DNA of 64,000 nt, taken from Thermodesulfobacteriota bacterium. GTDB taxonomy: Bacteria; Desulfobacterota_D; UBA1144; Nemesobacterales; Nemesobacteraceae. The translations under genes and the position numbers were made by a program. Of the stretch, positions 16,446-25,933 are shown piece by piece; position 1 is the stretch's first letter, and each line of letters begins with the position of its first letter. The stretch covers positions 359,525 to 423,524 of the forward strand of contig OZ219814.1 in NCBI GenBank assembly GCA_964291665.2, read 5' to 3'. Under the pieces are notes generated by a model, which was not told the DNA's origin, did no database searches, and saw nothing but the letters and a program-made list of their open reading frames with translations.

Positions 16446-18545
16446 ATGATATCTCTTAAAATATCGGAAATCCACTCGAGGGACTCGGGCAAGGGTTACG
16501 CAAGGATAAGCCCCATGGACATGCGGGAACTGGGCCTTACGTCCTGGGACCTGGTACAGATAGACGGAAGGAGAAAAACCGTCGTGAGAGCCCTGCCGCT
16601 TGACGCCGAAGAACAAGAAATGGATTCCGTAATAGAAATAGACACTGTAACCAGAGAGAACGCAGGGGTTGAGCTTGACGACATAGTAATAGTGACGAAA
16701 GCCGACCTTGAGAAGGCAAGCAGGATAACCCTGTGTCCCAGAAACAAGGCATTTCTCTACGACCCGTCCAAAAGCAAGCACCTCTGCAACAGGCTCGAAG
16801 GGCTCGCCGTAACAGTCGGAGACAGGGTATCTGTGAGAGTGTCCGCCGCCAAGACCGAAGATTTCGACGTGCTTACCACGATGCCTGAGCACTCGGTTGT
16901 CATAAGCCAGAAAACCCGCATGGACGTGATACAGAGGCCAAAAACCAAGGTGGACGCTGAAAAGGTCTCGTATACGGACATAGGCGGGCTTTCAAGCCAG
17001 ATAAAAAGAATAAAAGAGATTCTCGAACTTCCGATACGCTTCCCCTCGCTTTTTGAAAAGCTCGGGGTCCAGCCGCCCAGGGGAATCCTTCTCACGGGAC
17101 CCCCGGGAAGCGGAAAAACCCTGCTCGCAAAAGCCATAGCGTTTGAGACGGATTCAAATTTCCAGGTAATAAACGGCCCCGAGGTAATTCACAGGTTCTA
17201 CGGAGAGAGCGAAGCCAATCTGCGCCAGATATTCGAGAACGCTACCAAGAACCAGCCGTCAATAATATTCCTGGATGAACTGGACGCGATAGCTCCCCGC
17301 CGAGACAAGGTTACGGGAGACGTTGAAAAAAGGGTGGTGGCCCAGCTTCTATCCCTCATGGACGGTCTCACGCACAGAGGAAACGTTACGGTTATCGGAG
17401 CGACCAATCTTCCGGACATGATCGACCCCGCGCTTCGCCGCCCGGGCAGGTTTGACAGGGAAATTCACCTTCCGGTTCCCGATACCGAGGCCCGTCTGGA
17501 GATATTCCAGGTTCATTCAAGAAGCATGCCGCTTTCAAACGACGTGGATCTTCAGAGGCTCTCCGAGCTCTCAAGCGGCTACGTGGGAGCCGATATAGAA
17601 AATCTCTGCAGGGAAGCTGCCATAAACTCTCTTACCAACATTCTGCCGGACATGGAACCGAATTTCGTCTCCAACGTCGCACACAGCTTTCTCGTGGAAG
17701 TAAGCATGGAAGACTTCCTTGAGGCACTTCGAAATATCCATCCCTCCGCGATAAGGGAGATAGTGGCTGAGATACCGAAAACCTCCTGGGATGACGTCGG
17801 AGGTCTTGAGAGCGTAAAAGACGACCTGATTGAATCCGTCATATGGCCCATGAAGCACAGAAATTTCTACGAGGCCCTGGACGTAGAGTCACCCAAGGGA
17901 ATACTTCTTCACGGCCCTCCGGGAACGGGTAAGACCCTTCTCGCAAAAGCTCTTGCCAACAGAACGGAAGTCAACTTCATTTCCATAAAGGGAGCGGAGC
18001 TTCTCTCCAAGTATGTAGGAGAATCGGAGCGCGCCGTAAGGGAAGTCTTCAAAAAGGCAAAGCAGGTTTCTCCCTGCATAGTGTTCTTCGACGAGCTTGA
18101 CGCCCTTTGCCCGAGACGCTCAGAATCCAACTCGACCCGCGTGAGCGAAAGAGTGGTAAGCCAGCTGCTCGCCGAGATTGACGGGGTCGAAGAACTCCCG
18201 GATGTTCTGGTGCTTGCCGCGACAAACAGGATCGACATGGTAGAACCGGCGCTTCTTAGACCGGGAAGATTCGATCTGGTGGTTGAGATTCCAACTCCGT
18301 CAAAACAGGAAATTCTCGAGATCCTGAAAATCCACACCCGGAAAAAGCCTCTCGGAACGGACGTGAAACTCACCGCGCTCGCAGAACAGCTCGAGGGCAG
18401 AACCGGAGCTGACGTAAAGCTCGTATGCAACAGGGCTTCCCTTCACGCGATAAAAGAACATCTGGGGAAAAACAGAAAAATCATCAAACTCTGCAGAAGA
18501 CATTTTGACCTGGCGCTTTCGGAACTGCAGAAAAGAAACGCTTAA
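16446..18545 (+). CDS. Cdc48/p97/VAT-like AAA+ ATPase (N domain + two AAA modules)
   Basis: 699-aa ORF. Cdc48-N-like start ([37 protein letters not shown]), two Walker A motifs ([16 protein letters not shown]), two DELD Walker B motifs, and RPGRFD sensor motifs in both modules. Confidence 0.9.
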   Translation: MISLKISEIHSRDSGKGYARISPMDMRELGLTSWDLVQIDGRRKTVVRALPLDAEEQEMDSVIEIDTVTRENAGVELDDIVIVTKADLEKASRITLCPRNKAFLYDPSKSKHLCNRLEGLAVTVGDRVSVRVSAAKTEDFDVLTTMPEHSVVISQKTRMDVIQRPKTKVDAEKVSYTDIGGLSSQIKRIKEILELPIRFPSLFEKLGVQPPRGILLTGPPGSGKTLLAKAIAFETDSNFQVINGPEVIHRFYGESEANLRQIFENATKNQPSIIFLDELDAIAPRRDKVTGDVEKRVVAQLLSLMDGLTHRGNVTVIGATNLPDMIDPALRRPGRFDREIHLPVPDTEARLEIFQVHSRSMPLSNDVDLQRLSELSSGYVGADIENLCREAAINSLTNILPDMEPNFVSNVAHSFLVEVSMEDFLEALRNIHPSAIREIVAEIPKTSWDDVGGLESVKDDLIESVIWPMKHRNFYEALDVESPKGILLHGPPGTGKTLLAKALANRTEVNFISIKGAELLSKYVGESERAVREVFKKAKQVSPCIVFFDELDALCPRRSESNSTRVSERVVSQLLAEIDGVEELPDVLVLAATNRIDMVEPALLRPGRFDLVVEIPTPSKQEILEILKIHTRKKPLGTDVKLTALAEQLEGRTGADVKLVCNRASLHAIKEHLGKNRKIIKLCRRHFDLALSELQKRNA

Positions 18546-18574
18546 CGAAAGCCGAAGCTGGGACAGGAGTCACC

Positions 18575-19429
18575 TTGGAAAGTTCTTTTTTCTTTTTTCA
18601 TAGCATCGTTCCCGAAATATGGTTTTTCATTCTGGGAGCGGCACTTGGAAGCTTCGCGAACGTCTGCGTGAAGAGAATTCCAGCCGGAATCTCAATAGTC
18701 TCTCCCCGTTCCCGCTGCACAAGCTGCAAAACCCCCATAAAAAACTACCACAACATTCCGATCCTGAGTTGGCTATTGCTAGGAGGCAGATGTGCCTACT
18801 GCGAAAAGCGGATATCAGCTGAGTACCCGCTTGTGGAGCTTCTCTGCGCGGTGCTGGCGGTTTTCCTTTACAGGGAGTTCGGAGTGTCGCTTGAACTGCT
18901 TTTCTATCTGGCGCTCTGCACGGGGCTTGTGACCATAACCCTGATAGACATAAGGCACCTGATCATTCCCGACATGATAACGCTTCCCGGAATAGCGGCC
19001 GGGGTTGCGCTAAACGCGATCAGAACCGACTGGGGGGCCGTGTCCGATGTGGTTTTTTCCTCCGGCCTTGCGGACTTTCTGCCCGCGACGGCCAGTATCG
19101 CCATTTTTAACTCCATAGGAGGAGCACTGCTCGGAGGAGGAGCTTTTTTGCTGATCGCCACGGCGTACAGAAACCTGAGAAAAAAAGAAGGAATGGGAAT
19201 GGGCGACGTAAAGCTCGTAGCGATGCTGGGAGCTTTTTTCGGAATGTGGGGGGTGCTGGTCATAATATTCCTGAGTTCCATACTGGGAACCCTGATCGGA
19301 CTCTCGGTTATAATACTGCGCAAGAAAGATCCGGGACATGCCATAGCCTACGGCCCCTTTCTTTCACTTTCGGCCGTTCTGTACCTGCTCGGAGCTGATC
19401 TTTTTCTCCTTGCCGGAATAAACATCTGA
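18575..19429 (+). CDS. pilD: Prepilin peptidase (A24 family, PilD-like)
   Basis: 284-aa polytopic ORF. N-terminal Cys cluster CTSCKTPIKNYHNIPILSW...GRCAYCEKRIS and GMGDVKL aspartyl-protease motif. Confidence 0.88.
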   Translation: MESSFFFFHSIVPEIWFFILGAALGSFANVCVKRIPAGISIVSPRSRCTSCKTPIKNYHNIPILSWLLLGGRCAYCEKRISAEYPLVELLCAVLAVFLYREFGVSLELLFYLALCTGLVTITLIDIRHLIIPDMITLPGIAAGVALNAIRTDWGAVSDVVFSSGLADFLPATASIAIFNSIGGALLGGGAFLLIATAYRNLRKKEGMGMGDVKLVAMLGAFFGMWGVLVIIFLSSILGTLIGLSVIILRKKDPGHAIAYGPFLSLSAVLYLLGADLFLLAGINI

Positions 19430-19445
19430 CTGCCGGGATAGAAAC

Positions 19446-20261
19446 ATGAACAGGATAATCAAAAATCTCTTTCTTCTGGTCATCATAGTCATCGCGGCCA
19501 AGTTTCTGCTCACGGTCTTCGGAAAGGACTTCTCGACCGCACACTTAGAAAAGGTGGTTCTCGGGGACTGGACGCAACAGGAGATAGAAACCCTGATGGA
19601 ACAGTCTGCCTTAAAAGACGGTTCCGGCGCCAGAATAGAATTTCTCTCTGAGAAGTTTCTCGGAACTCCCTACGCGGAAAACACCCTTGGGGGAGCAAGC
19701 GGCGAGACGGAGCAACTTACAGTGGATCTCTCGGGGGTTGACTGCTTTACCTATATCGACTACGTGGAGTCGCTCAGGCTTTCGGGAAGCTTCGGGGAAT
19801 TTAAGGAAAAGCTTGTGAAAACAAGATACAAAGACGGCGCGGTGCGGTGGGAAAACAGGAGACATTTTTTCTCCGACTGGGTAAGCGGCAACGACAGGAA
19901 CGCCCGTGATGTAACACGGGAAGTGGGGGGCGACGCAACGGTGACCGTGACCAAGGAGCTGAACAGAAAGACAGACGGCTCTCCCTGGCTTCCGGGGCTT
20001 TCGGAAGTAAAAAGGGATGTAAGTTATGTCCCCCCTGAAAAATTAAGCCCCGCGGTACTTCAGGAAATAAAAACGGGGGACTACCTCGGGATATACTCCG
20101 ATAAAGACGGCCTTGACGTCTCTCACACCGGAATAGCCGTCAGAAAGGGCGGCGTGGTCTACCTGCGCCACGCTTCCACGATACACGGAAAGGTGCTTGA
20201 CGAGGAGCTTTCGGCCTACATGAAGAACAAGCCCGGACTTCTTGTATACAGGGTAAAGTGA
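19446..20261 (+). CDS. DUF1460-like (amidase-like) membrane-anchored protein
   Basis: 271-aa ORF with an N-terminal TM/signal anchor. The FLGTPYAENTLGG...VDCFTYIDYVESL...RRHFFSDW pattern resembles DUF1460. Assignment is from memory only. Confidence 0.5.
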   Translation: MNRIIKNLFLLVIIVIAAKFLLTVFGKDFSTAHLEKVVLGDWTQQEIETLMEQSALKDGSGARIEFLSEKFLGTPYAENTLGGASGETEQLTVDLSGVDCFTYIDYVESLRLSGSFGEFKEKLVKTRYKDGAVRWENRRHFFSDWVSGNDRNARDVTREVGGDATVTVTKELNRKTDGSPWLPGLSEVKRDVSYVPPEKLSPAVLQEIKTGDYLGIYSDKDGLDVSHTGIAVRKGGVVYLRHASTIHGKVLDEELSAYMKNKPGLLVYRVK

Positions 20262-20327
20262 TGAATTATGTGTTAGAATCAGAACTGTCCCCGGGCGGGG
20301 CATGATAGCAATCAAGGAGGCAGGTTA

Positions 20328-20750
20328 ATGTCTTTAAATACTAACGTAAAGGAACTCACGGGATGTCTTAAGGAAGTGAAGAAGGCGCAGGACTCTCTTG
20401 ATAATCTTCTTGACTTCGTAGACCTCATGAAAAACATAAAGGAATCTTTTCCGGGAGATGTAGCAACCCCGGCTGAGAAAATCAAGGAGATTTCGAGAGC
20501 CGCGGCGCCCTACATAAAGGAGATAAAGGCCATTTTTGACGGCGAGCTCAACAAGCTTCCGATAAACGACGAAGAGGTTGCCGACGCCGCGAAGAAACTG
20601 GTGCTATATCACGGGGACCACATGCAGGTTCTCATCTGGGCCGAACAGCAGAAGGCAAACCACGAACCGGATTCCTACTGGTGGAAATACTGGGACGGTA
20701 TAACGGGAAACGTAAAAAAAGACATAGCGGAGCATCAAAAACAGCTCTAG
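20328..20750 (+). CDS. Hypothetical helical protein (140 aa)
   Basis: The ORF fits the intergenic gap and is co-directional with its neighbours. No recognisable motif. Confidence 0.55.
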   Translation: MSLNTNVKELTGCLKEVKKAQDSLDNLLDFVDLMKNIKESFPGDVATPAEKIKEISRAAAPYIKEIKAIFDGELNKLPINDEEVADAAKKLVLYHGDHMQVLIWAEQQKANHEPDSYWWKYWDGITGNVKKDIAEHQKQL

Positions 20751-20843
20751 GGCTTCTCCCCGTAGGGGGGGCTTCCCAAAAACCGCCCGGCCATCCGCAA
20801 GACCGAAGCCCCGGCGAGATGATTCGCGCCCATCCAAACCAAA

Positions 20844-21881
20844 ATGCAGTTCATAGACGAGGCGAAAATAACCGTTATATCAGGTAACGGCGGCGACGGA
20901 TGCGTAAGCTTCAGAAGGGAAAAGTTCGTTCCCAAGGGAGGTCCCAACGGCGGCGACGGCGGCAAGGGGGGAAACGTGGTGGTAGTCGCCGACGCGAATA
21001 TGTCCTCGCTTCTTGACTACAGGTACAAAAAAGAATACAGAGCCCAAAACGGCCAGCCCGGCAGGGGCAAGGACCAGCACGGAAAATCGGGTTCCGACCT
21101 CGTCATCCCCGTTCCCGCTGGAACCGTGATAACGTCCTTTGAAGACGGGGAGACGTTGGCCGACCTCATTGAGGACGGAGAGCGCTTTACCATAGCTGAG
21201 GGAGGAGGCGGAGGCAGGGGAAACTCAAGGTTCGTATCGCCGACTAACCGGGCGCCGAGACAAGTGGAGAGCGGCCGCCCCGGAGTACGAAGGGAAATAA
21301 AGCTTGAACTCAAGGTGCTTGCCGACGTCGGCATTCTCGGCTTTCCAAACGCGGGGAAATCAACCCTCATATCCAAAATCTCGGCTGCAAGACCCAAAAT
21401 CTCGGGCTATCCGTTCACAACTTTGGTTCCCAATCTCGGGGTAGTAAGCTACGGAGACCATCAGTCTTTCGTAATCGCGGACATCCCCGGAATCATCGAG
21501 GGCGCCCACAAGGGACTGGGGCTGGGTATCCAGTTTCTAAAACACGTGGAGAGGACCCGCCTTCTGGTTCACATGCTTGATCTTGACCCGATTTCGGGGA
21601 GAGATCCCGTAGAGGATTTTGACAAGATCAACTCGGAACTAAAAGAGTACTCGGCGAAGCTTGCCGAGAAACCTCAGTTGGTCGTTCTCAACAAAATCGA
21701 TATCGTCGAGGCCAGAGAGAGAGAAGTGGAGACGGCAAGACGGCTCAAGGAAAGGGACATCGAGACCCTAAGCATATCCGCAGTCACGGGAGAAGGTTCC
21801 CAGCAGCTGGTCTACTTAATCGGGGAGAGACTCAGTCTCCTTACTGAAGATTCTCGTAATCAATCTCCTTGCGAGGAATAG
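20844..21881 (+). CDS. obg: GTPase Obg/CgtA
   Basis: MQFIDEAKITVISGNGGDGCVSFRREKFVPKGGPNGGDGGKGG Gly-rich Obg fold, then G domain GFPNAGKSTLIS, DIPGIIEGA and NKID. Confidence 0.95.
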   Translation: MQFIDEAKITVISGNGGDGCVSFRREKFVPKGGPNGGDGGKGGNVVVVADANMSSLLDYRYKKEYRAQNGQPGRGKDQHGKSGSDLVIPVPAGTVITSFEDGETLADLIEDGERFTIAEGGGGGRGNSRFVSPTNRAPRQVESGRPGVRREIKLELKVLADVGILGFPNAGKSTLISKISAARPKISGYPFTTLVPNLGVVSYGDHQSFVIADIPGIIEGAHKGLGLGIQFLKHVERTRLLVHMLDLDPISGRDPVEDFDKINSELKEYSAKLAEKPQLVVLNKIDIVEAREREVETARRLKERDIETLSISAVTGEGSQQLVYLIGERLSLLTEDSRNQSPCEE

Positions 21882-22272
21882 GCATCAGGGAAGCGTGGTG
21901 AAGCGCCATTTTCCACTCTCCATCGGCAAGCTCGAATATGTTGGTTGCCTGTGCCAGCACCACAACCCTGCGATCGTCTATTGAGTAAGTCGCTCTCTCT
22001 ACGCAGTTAAGCCAGGCCGAATTTCCCTTCACCTCAACAAAGAAATCCGAAATATCAATGCGGTCAAATCCACCCGTCTCGAAAATGGTCTTCCAGCTCT
22101 CCCTTATCGCTTCCCATCCGAGAATTATCGGCCAGCCCGCGTGAACGCACTTGGCCCTGCCATCGGTAAGCCAGACCCGCTCTATGAGCTCAACATCGTA
22201 GCGATTACGGGCGTCGTAGAATTTTCTGTTCGCCTTTATTATTTCGTCTTCTTCATGACTCATGAGAAACAA
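21841..22272 (-). CDS. NTF2-like (SnoaL/DUF4440-type) protein
   Basis: 143-aa ORF. The FYDARNRYDVELIERVW...GWEAIRESW pattern resembles NTF2-fold/DUF4440 proteins. Its 3' end overlaps the obg 3' end by 41 nt (convergent). Confidence 0.55.
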   Translation of the reverse strand: MFLMSHEEDEIIKANRKFYDARNRYDVELIERVWLTDGRAKCVHAGWPIILGWEAIRESWKTIFETGGFDRIDISDFFVEVKGNSAWLNCVERATYSIDDRRVVVLAQATNIFELADGEWKMALHHASLMPIPRKEIDYENLQ

Positions 22273-22275
22273 ACC

Positions 22276-23415
22276 TCAGTTTCGCGGGGAACCAACAGCA
22301 TGGTGAATCTCTTCCAGCACTTCCCCGTCGGTTTCGGTCTCAAGCAGCCGCTCAAGCTCACCCCGGCAATCCTCTCCTCCCAGCTTCCAGAGCGCCCAGA
22401 CCGCGTGAGCCCTTACGATCGGCTCATCATCCCCTAGAAGGCTCCTTGCGTATTTTATATACTCCTTATTTCCCGAATTTCCAACAGCCACGAGCACATT
22501 TCTCATGAAACCCCTGCGCTTGGCCCTCTTGACCGGACTCTTTCTGAAAACCTCCCGGAAACCGTCCCCGTCAAGCCCGAGAAGCCATTTAAAATCGGGG
22601 CTGAGCAGTTTTTCGCGCGGCCTGAAGCTTTCCTTGAGAGTAAAAAGGGCGTCGCGGTTCCACGGACACACGTCCTGACACACGTCGCATCCGAAAACAT
22701 TGTTCTCCACCCCTTCCCTCAGTTCAAGCGGCATTTTCCCCTTAAGCTCTATCGTGAGATAGGAAATGCATTTCCTTGCGTCAAGCACGTAAGGTTCAAC
22801 TATGGCATCGGTGGGACAGGCGTCTATGCACCTGGTGCAGGTGCCGCAGCGGTCCTCGGCCGCCGAGTCGTAGTCAAGCTCGATATCGGTTATCACCTCT
22901 CCGAGAAAAAGCCAGGAACCGACCCTCTGATTTATAAGACAGGTATTTTTGCCCACCCATCCTACTCCCGAGCGGCTTGCGTGCACTTTCTCAAGAACCG
23001 GCCCCGTATCCACGTAAGCCCTGACGCCGGTTTCCTCGGGGAAAAGACCCGTTATGTAGTCGGCAAGCCCGCTGAGCATCTCTCCCATTACGTCGTGGTA
23101 ATCGTCTCCCCAGGCGTACCTCGATATCCAGCCGTCGCCCGAGGTTTCCGTCGAGAGTGGATTCTCCGTATTGTAGTTAACGGCGCAGGAAACGACCGAC
23201 CTGGCGCCGGAGAGAACCCTTTTCACTTCCTTTCTCTTAAGAAGCCCTCTCTCAAGATAGTTCATCTCCCCCGCGTACCCCCGCCCGAGCCACCGCTCAA
23301 AAAAGTCCGCTTCCGCGTAATGGCTCTCGGCCGGGCTTATCCCCACGAGGTCAAAGCCCAGGGCAAGCGCGCGGTTCTTTATAAGCATCGAGAGTCGCGT
23401 AGTTTCTTTCATCAA
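22276..23415 (-). CDS. queG: tRNA epoxyqueuosine(34) reductase QueG
   Basis: 379-aa ORF. Ferredoxin-type clusters CGTCTRCIDACPT and CDVCQDVCPWN, and a C-terminal HEAT-like repeat (DDEPIVRAHAVWALWKLG). Confidence 0.9.
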   Translation of the reverse strand: MMKETTRLSMLIKNRALALGFDLVGISPAESHYAEADFFERWLGRGYAGEMNYLERGLLKRKEVKRVLSGARSVVSCAVNYNTENPLSTETSGDGWISRYAWGDDYHDVMGEMLSGLADYITGLFPEETGVRAYVDTGPVLEKVHASRSGVGWVGKNTCLINQRVGSWLFLGEVITDIELDYDSAAEDRCGTCTRCIDACPTDAIVEPYVLDARKCISYLTIELKGKMPLELREGVENNVFGCDVCQDVCPWNRDALFTLKESFRPREKLLSPDFKWLLGLDGDGFREVFRKSPVKRAKRRGFMRNVLVAVGNSGNKEYIKYARSLLGDDEPIVRAHAVWALWKLGGEDCRGELERLLETETDGEVLEEIHHAVGSPRN

Positions 23416-23424
23416 AACTGATTC

Positions 23425-23922
23425 CTAATCTGCGCTTTTCGAGTTAACGATCAGATTTCCAAGCTCCGTGAAAACCGCTTCTCCGTCAAAGTTAGACACA
23501 TAGTCCGAGACCGTCTTGAGGTCAAGCGGAGCGGAGGCGGGCGCTACGGAAAAAACCCCGGAGAGAAGAAAATCAATGTCGGAGAGTTCAGAACCCAGCA
23601 GCACGCAGTCCCCTCTCCCCGCCCTGCCCAGAACGTAGGAACGATCGTCGGTTATGCGGTGACCGTTTTCTTCGATCAGTCCCCCAAACCCGTTTGTCGA
23701 GGTGAAGTCCCCGTCCCCGGAACCGTAAAAGACGATCTCGGCCCCGAGTGAACCAAGCTCCCTAAGAAGCTCCGGCGAAGACAAGTTCTCAGGAATCCCG
23801 AGGTCGCCGCTTGAGGTGGAGTCAAACACACCGACGTTTACCAGAAGGCAAGTGGCCTCGCGGAACCTCTTTTCCATATCCGTCCTTATCTTTGTCAGAA
23901 CATCCGTGCGGCGTTTTCGCAA
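23425..23922 (-). CDS. Hypothetical protein, possibly a degenerate HAD/KdsC-like fold
   Basis: 165-aa ORF immediately upstream of queG on the same strand. By-eye alignment to KdsC: LLVNVGVFDSTSSG vs LILDVDGVLSDG, and CVLLGSELSDIDFLLSGVFSVAPASAP vs VAYVGDDLIDWPVMEKVGLSVAVADAHP. The catalytic Asp residues are not conserved. Confidence 0.45.
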   Translation of the reverse strand: MRKRRTDVLTKIRTDMEKRFREATCLLVNVGVFDSTSSGDLGIPENLSSPELLRELGSLGAEIVFYGSGDGDFTSTNGFGGLIEENGHRITDDRSYVLGRAGRGDCVLLGSELSDIDFLLSGVFSVAPASAPLDLKTVSDYVSNFDGEAVFTELGNLIVNSKSAD

Positions 23923-23967
23923 TTTACTCTAACTCCCACAACTGCCTTAAGTATAATTGTCACGATA

Positions 23968-24684
23968 ATGATACCGATTAGAAGCACAATAAAAACCGAA
24001 ATCGTACCCTATGTGAATTACGTGCTTTTGGCCGCAAACGTGCTGGTCTTTGTGTACACCCTTTCTCTTACAGGGGAGACGCTTGAGGTTTTCTACCAGA
24101 CACACGGTATTGTGCCCAGCAAGATAACCGCCCTTGAGACCTACGGATTCTTCGACAGAACGGCAAAATATTTCAGTTCCATGTTCATCCATGAAAACTG
24201 GCTTCACCTGGCCGGAAACCTGATCTTTCTATACATATTCGGAAACGCAATCGAGGACCTGCTGGGTCACGCAAGATACCTGCTTTTCTATCTCGTGTGC
24301 GGGCTGGTAGCCGTATTCATCCAGGTGGCCTTAAACTCCCTCTCCGCGGTTCCGGTAATAGGAGCAAGCGGGGCAATTTCCGGAGTCCTGGGCGCGTACA
24401 TGCTCTTTTTTCCAAGATCAAGAATTCTTACGCTTCTCATAGTCCTGGTGTTTGTCTACTTCGTGCGCATAAGGGCTTATCTTTTCATAATTTTCTGGTT
24501 TGCCGTTCAGTTTCTGACCGGAATCGGCTATATTGGTGACGCGGGAACCGAGGGTCTGTGGGCGCATATGTCAGGATTCGCCTGCGGAGCCGTAGCCGGA
24601 GGGAGTTTTCTTTACACGCGGGGATACCGAAGCAAAAAGTACAAAGCCGGTTACGGAACGGGGTGGTACGGAGAAAATGACTAG
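23968..24684 (+). CDS. Rhomboid-family intramembrane serine protease
   Basis: 238-aa polytopic ORF. FIHENWLHLAGNLIFLYIFG (rhomboid WR/HxxxN region) and GASGAISGVLGAYM (GxSG catalytic Ser), with a downstream His in WAHMSGF. Confidence 0.88.
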   Translation: MIPIRSTIKTEIVPYVNYVLLAANVLVFVYTLSLTGETLEVFYQTHGIVPSKITALETYGFFDRTAKYFSSMFIHENWLHLAGNLIFLYIFGNAIEDLLGHARYLLFYLVCGLVAVFIQVALNSLSAVPVIGASGAISGVLGAYMLFFPRSRILTLLIVLVFVYFVRIRAYLFIIFWFAVQFLTGIGYIGDAGTEGLWAHMSGFACGAVAGGSFLYTRGYRSKKYKAGYGTGWYGEND

Positions 24685-25924
24685 CAGGAAAATGGATAAC
24701 TTGGGAATAATCGCGGCCGGAGGACCCGCCCCCGGGATAAACGGCGTGATAAGCTCAGTCACTATAGAGGCCAGAAACAGGGGGAAAAAAGTAATTGGAA
24801 TCCTCGACGGATTTAAGTGGGTCTCCATGGGAGACACCTCGAAAGTCCTGGATCTTGATATTCAGAACACCTCGAGGATCCATACGACCGGCGGCTCTAT
24901 TATCGGAATATCAAGGCAAAGTCCCCTCGCTACCGAACAAACCTTTAAAAACACCGTATCTTCAATCGAGAAACTGGGCATAGGCAGCCTGATAACCATA
25001 GGCGGAGACGGAACAATGTTTCTCGCAAAGACGCTTCACGAGCACTTCGGGGGAAGATTAAAAATAGCGCACCTGCCCAAAACAATAGACAACAATATCG
25101 CCCTTCCCGACTACATATCAACCTTCGGATTCGAAACCGCAAGGGATGTGGGAGCGAAGATAATGAACAATATAATGGAAGAGGCGAGGACCACGGCAAG
25201 GTGGTTTCTGGTTATAACCATGGGCAGGAGAACAGGCCACCTGGCACTGGGTATCGGACAGTCATCCGGAGCTACAATCACCATAATCCCCGAAGATTTC
25301 GAAGAGGAGAAAGTGCCGCTTGAAAAAGTCATAGCAATTCTTGAGGGGGCTATAATAAAAAGAATGAGTATGGGGAGGGAGTACGGGGTGGCGATACTCG
25401 CCGAAGGGATGCTTGACAAGATAGATCCCGTCGACCTGGGGCTTATGGACAAGGACGGCATGGGAAGAATAAGATACGTTGACGTTAACTTCGGTCAGCT
25501 TTTAAAAAACACTCTTAGCGAAAAGCTCTCCGAAAAAGGAGTCGAAGTGGAACTGGTGCACAAAAGACTGGGCTATGAGATGCGCTCGGCCAATCCGATT
25601 CCGTTTGACGTGGATTATACGCGAAAGCTCGGCTACTGCGCCGTCAAGTACCTGCTTGACGGAGAGGGAGACGGGGCTCTTGTATACGTAAGAACGGGCA
25701 AAATGCAGGCGGTCCCGTTTCAGGAACTCATAGATGAAGAGACAAACAGCATCAAAGTGAGATATATGGACAAGAACACCGAAGCCTACGAGGTTTCGCA
25801 GAAATACATGATCAAGTTAAACCGCGACGATATCGAAATGCCTTCGACTCTAGAAAAACTTTCAGAGCTGACCAGCCTTAGCAGCAGCGAATTCAGGGAG
25901 TACTTTTCGAAAATCTTTTGCTGA
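24677..25924 (+). CDS. pfkA: 6-phosphofructokinase (PfkA family; ATP vs PPi specificity not resolved)
   Basis: 415-aa ORF. GIIAAGGPAPGINGVI, ITIGGDGT, PKTIDNNI, MGRRTGHLAL. An alternative start is ATG 24692. Confidence 0.88.
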   Translation: MTSRKMDNLGIIAAGGPAPGINGVISSVTIEARNRGKKVIGILDGFKWVSMGDTSKVLDLDIQNTSRIHTTGGSIIGISRQSPLATEQTFKNTVSSIEKLGIGSLITIGGDGTMFLAKTLHEHFGGRLKIAHLPKTIDNNIALPDYISTFGFETARDVGAKIMNNIMEEARTTARWFLVITMGRRTGHLALGIGQSSGATITIIPEDFEEEKVPLEKVIAILEGAIIKRMSMGREYGVAILAEGMLDKIDPVDLGLMDKDGMGRIRYVDVNFGQLLKNTLSEKLSEKGVEVELVHKRLGYEMRSANPIPFDVDYTRKLGYCAVKYLLDGEGDGALVYVRTGKMQAVPFQELIDEETNSIKVRYMDKNTEAYEVSQKYMIKLNRDDIEMPSTLEKLSELTSLSSSEFREYFSKIFC

Positions 25925-25933
25925 CGCCGCACG

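Noticed and set aside
23968-24684. Calling the rhomboid gene a rhombosortase
   Set aside because: The two candidate substrate tails lack the GlyGly signature, and the protein looks like a general rhomboid. It is kept only as a hypothesis in the findings.
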